This document shows, piece after piece, positions 58,138 through 64,000 of a stretch of DNA of 64,000 nt. Under the pieces are notes generated by a model. That model ran no database searches. It had not been told where the DNA came from and was given only the letters and a program-made list of their open reading frames with translations. Source of the DNA: Williopsis jadinii (Eukaryota); assembly GCA_024346625.1 (NCBI GenBank), contig AP024665.1, positions 1,054,001 to 1,118,000 on the forward strand, written 5' to 3'. The number at the start of each line of letters is the position of its first letter. Position 1 is the first letter of the stretch. The translations under genes and the position numbers were made by a program.

Positions 58138-58881
58138 ATGTCCTTCCGTATTGCTAACCGTACCATTGTCCAAGCCTTGAAGAGAACTTCCTTGTTGAGA
58201 AGCGCACCAGCTTGTTCTTCTCTAGCTATCCGTTCTTTTGCCACATCCAAGCCAGTCTTCAACGAACCAACCAGTCGTGTTGCATCCACTTTGAAAGCTG
58301 AGTTGGAGCACGAGCGTGACAATGCGCCAGAGGCCTTCAACGAGACATCCTTTGCTGGCTTCTCTGTTGTGAACACGAATGGCCAGGCCTTGGGAAAGTT
58401 GGAGAAGGATTCCTCCGATGAGCTTGTGCACGTGTTCTTTGACGTCAACCAAATCGTCAACTTGCGTCCTAACGAAGCTGAAGAGATCGAAGGCGAGGAA
58501 GAAGGTTTCGAAGACCCATATGACTCCAATTTCATCAACGTCAACGTTGTTGTTGAGAAGAAATCCGACGGTTCCGCCGTTGCCTTTGACGTTTTGGTTG
58601 GACCAGAGGATGGTTCTAGCTACATCGAGAACGTTACAGCTTACGCTGACAAGACTGAGGCCTTGGAGGAGTCTGCTGAGGCTGAACAAAAGAGAGACTT
58701 GCGTTACAACGGCCCAGCCTTCACCAACTTGGATGAGAAGTTGCAAGAGGACTTTGAGAACTACTTGGTCTCCAGAGGAATCAACACCGATCTCTTCAGA
58801 TTCATCGTTGATTACGGTGTTGCCAAGGAGAACAACGAGTACATCTCCTGGTTGAACAAGCTCAACAAGTTCTTCAACTAA
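58138..58881 (+). CDS. MAM33: Mitochondrial acidic matrix protein Mam33 (p32/C1QBP family)
   Basis: Presequence, EELVHVFFDV-like block, YNGPAFTNLDEKLQ, SRGI, KENNEYISWL. Confidence 0.93.
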   Translation: MSFRIANRTIVQALKRTSLLRSAPACSSLAIRSFATSKPVFNEPTSRVASTLKAELEHERDNAPEAFNETSFAGFSVVNTNGQALGKLEKDSSDELVHVFFDVNQIVNLRPNEAEEIEGEEEGFEDPYDSNFINVNVVVEKKSDGSAVAFDVLVGPEDGSSYIENVTAYADKTEALEESAEAEQKRDLRYNGPAFTNLDEKLQEDFENYLVSRGINTDLFRFIVDYGVAKENNEYISWLNKLNKFFN

Positions 58882-59750
58882 GCTGTGTTGTGACGAGGGG
58901 ATTTAGGGCTTTTACTGATTTGTTGTTTGTTGTATATATAGGGTGTTCAATTCTTCCAAGACCTTTGAGTTGTAAATAATTAGTGACAGAGGTTAGTAAT
59001 TGAATCCAGTAAGTCCTATTCCGATCCAAGGTTCTGATGTAGCTGTTCCCCCCGCGTGGTGCCAACCTCGGCTGCTTAACACTTCCCTATAGAATCGCTA
59101 CAGCAGCAGTGGCACATCTGCCATTGGAGCCCGAGTTTGACCCAAAATGTCTTCCATCAATGAGTTGAGTCCATTCTCAACACAGTCATCTCCCAGTGGG
59201 AACACCACAGGCTCTAGACTGTTACCGTGACAGCGTTTGCGGATCAAGCTTGCAAGTGTATGAGAGGCAAAGACAACTTCTAAAACTCCGTGACAGCCGC
59301 ACAGTTCACCTGTTTAGTGGCGACTGGTGGCCTGTGAGAATGCTCTAGCGACTTCTAACAGCCTCCTGTTTATCCACCGAGCCTTATAGACCAGAATGGC
59401 TGGAAGCTGGGACACTCCAAGGCCAATTGCTCTCTACAAGTGCCTGTTCATGAGAGACCCAACCCCGGGGCATTGAGCGGACTACGGATAAATGTTTGTA
59501 TGTGGGTGTGCGAGGCAGCGTCCAAATAGCCTATTCCTATTCGCTTGCTGTTTTTCCTTAACCGGAGTTTTCCCGATCTGTTCACCTGTCGACTCCGCAT
59601 ACAGCAGCAAGTGTGAGACAATAATTAGCTGGTGAGAGAGTGCATTGACGTATAAATAGGCGGTGAAATTCTCAATTGCTTACCCCTCGTGGCCCATTGT
59701 CTTTTATACCCTCAGCAACGGAATAGGACAACTGCATTTAGTCAAGCGAT

Positions 59751-61493
59751 ATGTTCACGGTGAAGTCATTTGATGTTGAGAACCCGGTGCTTACCTCTCT
59801 TAGGGGTCTGGTCCATGCCAACCCTCAATTGACGCTCATTGAGTCGGACAAAGTGGTGATCAGAAAGTCTTCAAAGGACAAGGTGTCTGTGCTTTCTGGC
59901 GGTGGTGCTGGTCACGAGCCTACGCACGCCGGGTTCATTGGTAAAGGATGCCTCACTGGCGCGATCAGCGGAGAGATCTTTGCGTCTCCGTCTACGAAGC
60001 AGATCATCAACGGTGTGAAAGTTGTGCACGACAACGGGTCCAAGGGTGTTTTGCTTATTGTCAAGAACTATACTGGCGATGTTCTCCATTTTGGACTGGC
60101 GAGCGAAAGAGCCAAAAGTACCGGAATTGACACCGAAGTTGTTGTGATTGGAGACGACGTTGCTGTTGGTAGATCCAAAGGTGGGTTAGTTGGCAGAAGA
60201 GCCATTGCAGGTACTCTCTTTGTCCATAAGACTGTGGGTGCCTTTGCAGAGTATTACCCAAGCCATACTTTGAAGTCATGTGCTGAACTGGCTCGTGTGA
60301 TTAACGATAACTTGGTCACCATTGGAGCAAGTCTGGACCATGCTAAGGTCCCAGGACATCCTTTTGAATCCGAGCTGAAGAGCGATCAGATGGAGCTCGG
60401 TATGGGTATCCATAACGAGCCAGGTGTCAAGATTTTGAGCCCAATTCCTTCTGCTGAAGAGCTAATCAAGTTGCAAATTCTGCCAAAGTTGTTAGATCAA
60501 TCGGACAAAGATCGTGCGTTTGTTGAATTCGACTCGAGCGATGAAGTTGCGCTTCTCGTGAACAACTTGGGTGGTGTGTCAAACCTGATCCTATCAGCTA
60601 TCACTGAAATCACTACAAAGCTGTTAAAATCTGAGTATGGCATTACTCCTATTCGTACATACCAGGGAACTATGATGACGGCATTGAATGGTGAAGGCTT
60701 TTCCATCACTCTTTTGAACATTTCTCGTGCTTCGAAGTCGTTCACAGAGGTTCCAATCATTGATCTTTTGGACGCTGAGACTGATGCTCCAGGATGGCCC
60801 GTGAAGAAGTTCGTCGATGATGCACCAAAGTACAACAAGTCATTGTTGGAGGTTCACTCGACCGGGGTCAAACCTGTTGGTACATATGATGCTAAGCATT
60901 TCCAAAAATGGTTCCAGGCCGGCGCTGATGCCCTCATCAAGGCTGAACCATACATCACTAAGCTTGATACCCAGGTTGGTGATGGTGATTGCGGTACCAC
61001 GTTGGTTTCTGGTGGTGAGGGAATCACCAAGAATTTCGACTCAATTCCAACGGAAACCTTGTCACAAGCGTTGGACAAGATCAGCGACCTTGTTGAGACT
61101 TACATGGGAGGCACCTCTGGTGGCTTATATTCGATCTTCATCTCCGGGCTGTCCCAAGGACTGATTTCCCAGGGAGCTGACCAGGATACGCCAGTCGACT
61201 CGAAGCTATTCGGACAAGCTCTGGAAACTGCCTTGGAGACACTGTACAAGTACACACGTGCCCGTGTCGGCGACTCCACCGTCATCGATGCCCTGGAACC
61301 ATTTGTCAAAGAGTTCTCAAAGAGCCACGACCTGAAACAAGCCATCGATGCTGCTGACAAAGGTGCAAAGTCCACGGGCACATTCGAAGCAAAGTTCGGC
61401 AGGGCAAGCTATGTTGGTGAATCCTCCAATGTCCCGGACCCTGGTGCCATTGGATTAGTCGAGTTCTTGAAGGGTGTTTCCACTGAGTTCTGA
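59751..61493 (+). CDS. DAK1: Dihydroxyacetone kinase
   Basis: SGGGAGHEP, KNYTGD, GMGIHNEPG, GDGDCG, MGGTSG, GRASY and DPGA motifs. Confidence 0.95.
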   Translation: MFTVKSFDVENPVLTSLRGLVHANPQLTLIESDKVVIRKSSKDKVSVLSGGGAGHEPTHAGFIGKGCLTGAISGEIFASPSTKQIINGVKVVHDNGSKGVLLIVKNYTGDVLHFGLASERAKSTGIDTEVVVIGDDVAVGRSKGGLVGRRAIAGTLFVHKTVGAFAEYYPSHTLKSCAELARVINDNLVTIGASLDHAKVPGHPFESELKSDQMELGMGIHNEPGVKILSPIPSAEELIKLQILPKLLDQSDKDRAFVEFDSSDEVALLVNNLGGVSNLILSAITEITTKLLKSEYGITPIRTYQGTMMTALNGEGFSITLLNISRASKSFTEVPIIDLLDAETDAPGWPVKKFVDDAPKYNKSLLEVHSTGVKPVGTYDAKHFQKWFQAGADALIKAEPYITKLDTQVGDGDCGTTLVSGGEGITKNFDSIPTETLSQALDKISDLVETYMGGTSGGLYSIFISGLSQGLISQGADQDTPVDSKLFGQALETALETLYKYTRARVGDSTVIDALEPFVKEFSKSHDLKQAIDAADKGAKSTGTFEAKFGRASYVGESSNVPDPGAIGLVEFLKGVSTEF

Positions 61494-61685
61494 AGCCAAT
61501 TCTCCATAGTTTTTATAGTCTAAAACCACCAATCAAGATGCCGTTATGCGATGCCGTTATGCGATGCTCTCTGCTAACTGTGCGTGGTACGCGCAACAAT
61601 ACCTTATAGGCTAAATTTTTCATTAGTTGAAGTTCCGAGGATCACGACGGCAGTAACCGTTCGGCAGTGTGGTAGGAATCAACAA

Positions 61686-62093
61686 ATGGCCGACGCGAGC
61701 AGGAAGAAACCACGGCTACAGGGCAAGCTGGTGAAGCATGCTGCGCCTAGCCAGTTCAAATATTCCAATCTTCAGACGACGGTAAGGATCCAGCACAAGA
61801 CTCCGTACATAAGTGCTATCAAACGGGTAGACACAATGATGAAGGCGTTGAAAGGCCGGCAGCCAAAGAAGTCATATATCACTGTGCTTGGGATGGGGGC
61901 CACGATCGAGAAGACCATGAATATAGGAGTTCATTTCCAAGCCCAAGGTTGCAGAGTTGAAGTTCTCACCAAGAGTGTTGAGGTTTTAGACGAATTTCTA
62001 GATCAGGACGATAGCGATGATGAGAGCGTTCTCAGGAAGAGAAGCGTGAGTTGTGTCGAGCTCAGGGTGTATAAGCCATTTGACCTACAGTGA
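61686..62093 (+). CDS. POP7: RNase P/MRP subunit Pop7 (Rpp20, Alba-like)
   Basis: KTPYISAIKR, VLGMGATIEK, V.TKSVEVLDE, RKRSVSCVELRVY. ATG at 61686. Confidence 0.88.
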   Translation: MADASRKKPRLQGKLVKHAAPSQFKYSNLQTTVRIQHKTPYISAIKRVDTMMKALKGRQPKKSYITVLGMGATIEKTMNIGVHFQAQGCRVEVLTKSVEVLDEFLDQDDSDDESVLRKRSVSCVELRVYKPFDLQ

Positions 62094-62115
62094 GATAGCA
62101 TAGACATCAATTCGT

Positions 62116-62565
62116 TCAATTCATGGCCTCAAGTTTCTTCGTACACTGTTCCCTCAGGTACTCCAACTCCGACCATTCTGTCTGGATGCGCTTCCTCGGA
62201 AGGTCCTTAAACAGCGTCAATCCACACTCTACAACTTCGAGGCATCTGGCGTACTGTCTCTTGTAGTACAAGTTCTGCGACAAGTTTTCCAGCTTCAGCC
62301 TATCGCTCTTCACCTCAGGGTCTATCTTGTCGTATTCGATCTTTTCCAGCCAGTCCAACGTGTTTATCACAGGACCTTCTTTGGCAAATTGTCTTCTCTG
62401 TACTTCGAACTCATCCTCCGTCTGGCCTTTTCTGACCTTTAGCTTCCCTGAGCCTTTCGACACCAGAACTTCACCGTTATTGAACGAGGTTTTATCGTTA
62501 CCAACTCGAACAGCAGCTTCTTTCGATACCTGATTGGCCTCCATCTGTATCACTTTCCTAAGCAT
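62116..62565 (-). CDS. Uncharacterised helical protein, 149 aa
   Basis: ATG ORF filling the gap between POP7 and DAL3, with a TPR-like C-terminal helix pair (LYYKRQYARCL). PAC motif upstream. Confidence 0.7.
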   Translation of the reverse strand: MLRKVIQMEANQVSKEAAVRVGNDKTSFNNGEVLVSKGSGKLKVRKGQTEDEFEVQRRQFAKEGPVINTLDWLEKIEYDKIDPEVKSDRLKLENLSQNLYYKRQYARCLEVVECGLTLFKDLPRKRIQTEWSELEYLREQCTKKLEAMN

Positions 62566-62683
62566 TAATGTGATTGAAGTCTTGCTACTTTTATAGAAGT
62601 GTTCTTTTTTTTGGCTTTAAATTTTTTTTTCTATGTATGGCGATGAGCTGGAAATTTCGTCTCGGCCCTGTTGGCTTAAGCCT

Positions 62684-63362
62684 TCAGCTTCTCCCAATCA
62701 CAACGTCATAGCCAGGTGCATAGTAACACTCCTGGCAGTCCTCGTCAGCTACACCGTTCTCATGGATCATCACCGCAAAGTCCAGATTGTCGACGAGTGA
62801 AATCATTGGGGCGTGCCATGTTCCTGTTGTTGGAGGTTAGTGAGCTGGACATATTCAGCTTTTGCTGGCGATGCATTAACTGTGGAAACTTACCGGGTGC
62901 GTAGGTCACTGCTTGGTCTCCTCTACAGATGAACGCCTCGACTTGGTCTGTGATGGGCATTGCCTCATCGTCCTTATGCCCACAGATCACGACGTATGCG
63001 TTTTCGTTGCCTTTATCAACGCCCATTGGTATGAAAGTCTGGGAGCTGAAGGGATGTCTCTCGAGAACCTTTGCAGTGTAGTGCAGCTCCCCGTCTATAT
63101 CTTGGAGCAGGTGATTCGGAGGCGAACATCTGAATATGTTCCAGTTCGGTGTCGCTTCAGTGCCAGATGGTGCATTTGCGAATAGATTCTCAATCTTGGA
63201 GACCTTGTGTAGCTTCACTGCGGTGCCGTAGTTTGCACTGGACTTATCAGAAGAGCCCAATTGCTCTCTCGCTGATATACAAGTACCAAATGGTCCAAAA
63301 CCTTCCGGGGTCAAAGGCTTACAACGGATCGTTTGTGATGTTTTGTACTCTTTCAACGGCAT
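62684..63362 (-). CDS. DAL3: Ureidoglycolate lyase, 2 exons (63362-62894, 62823-62684), 202 aa
   Basis: PLTPEGFGPFG, ANYGTA, LERHPFSSQTF, Q.VTY..G|TWHAPM. The 70-nt intron GTAAGT...CACTAAC...CAG restores WHAPM and ENGVADEDC. Confidence 0.93.
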
Positions 63363-63809
63363 ATTCTCCTGGTGTACAATCACTGGGCTTATGAGGAGGG
63401 AGTGATTGACTTCTTTTTCCCCCTTCTTTCATAAATCAATCTGATGTTGAAGTTTTCAAGCGGACATCTCCGGCATCCCCAGAGATAAGCAGCTACAATC
63501 ACCACTCCCCATTGACATCCTTGTTCAGAAGTGTATATGTACAAGTAACGAGGCACATTTAGCCCAAGTTGATCTAAATTACCCAAGTACAACAGAATCT
63601 TACACCAATTGACACCTCAAACCACCGTGCTCCCCGTGTCAACCCTCCCTGCCTCCAAGGAGCCGGTGGTGTGCTTGGGGAGGTGGTGTTCGGATGTGAT
63701 GAGCCCATATACCAAATGGGGATATTTTCTTTTAGGCCAGGCTGCTTCTCTGCTCAATTGCTCTAAGCAATCGAGCTAGACGGCGTAGGAAGACTGAAAA
63801 CACTTCAAT

Positions 63810-64000
63810 ATGAGTTGGATTCAGAAGAAGATTCCACTTCAGGCACGTTCAAGGGGTGTTTATCTCATCACAGAAGAAGTCGAGCATGCGTTGCCCGAGT
63901 TGAGAGACTTCAAAGTTGGTGTTCTGCATCTGTTCATCCAGCACACATCAGCTGCTCTATCGCTAAACGAGAACTGGGATTCTGACGTTAGAGCGGACAT
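63810..64000 (+). CDS. UPF0047/YjbQ-family protein (5' part, runs off the window)
   Basis: MSWIQKKIPLQARSRGVYLIT...GVLHLFIQHTSAALSLNENWDSDVRAD contains the HTSA.L..NEN.D..V..D signature. Confidence 0.9.
   Translation, partial: MSWIQKKIPLQARSRGVYLITEEVEHALPELRDFKVGVLHLFIQHTSAALSLNENWDSDVRAD

Noticed and set aside
61537..61567. 13-bp tandem duplication GATGCCGTTATGC; similar 12-bp duplication at 14337-14364
   Set aside because: Two-copy slippage duplications with no further structure.

Overview
Eukaryotic DNA from a budding yeast (Saccharomycotina). CTG reads as Leu at a conserved position (GPN2 'INLDPAN'), and a Phaffomycetales-type yeast is my unverified guess. Bases 1-15,170 are a nearly gene-free, visibly AT-richer desert containing one clear gene, a MedA/Medusa-like (DUF7082-type) regulator, plus a ~250-bp inverted/tandem repeat module. 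The rest is gene-dense: PHM7-like, COX10, RPN8, GPN2, RBL2, BUD27, DSE3-like, GCD1, RPT4, a decayed Ty3/gypsy element upstream of tRNA-Ile(AAT), two unknown genes, DNF1/2-type flippase, OST3, SNN1, LSM8, CTR2, MF-alpha (4 peptide copies), MDE1, ENO1, a SUKH/Knr4-like gene, an atypical copper-fist protein, RPL13, RPP1, CTR3, CLB3/4, MAM33, DAK1, POP7, an unknown gene, DAL3 and a partial UPF0047 gene. I reconstructed five intron-containing genes by hand that the ORF track misses or truncates. Best leads: (1) the SUKH-like gene is only complete through a +1 shift at CCC-AGG-C, a Ty1-like frameshift heptamer, and it sits tail-to-tail with an orphan copper-fist protein; (2) two in-frame 3' splice sites in CTR2, each with its own branch point; (3) a perfect 32-bp palindrome with two copper-response elements before CTR3; (4) the gene desert as a possible regional centromere. 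All gene identities come from recalled motifs and synteny, not database searches.
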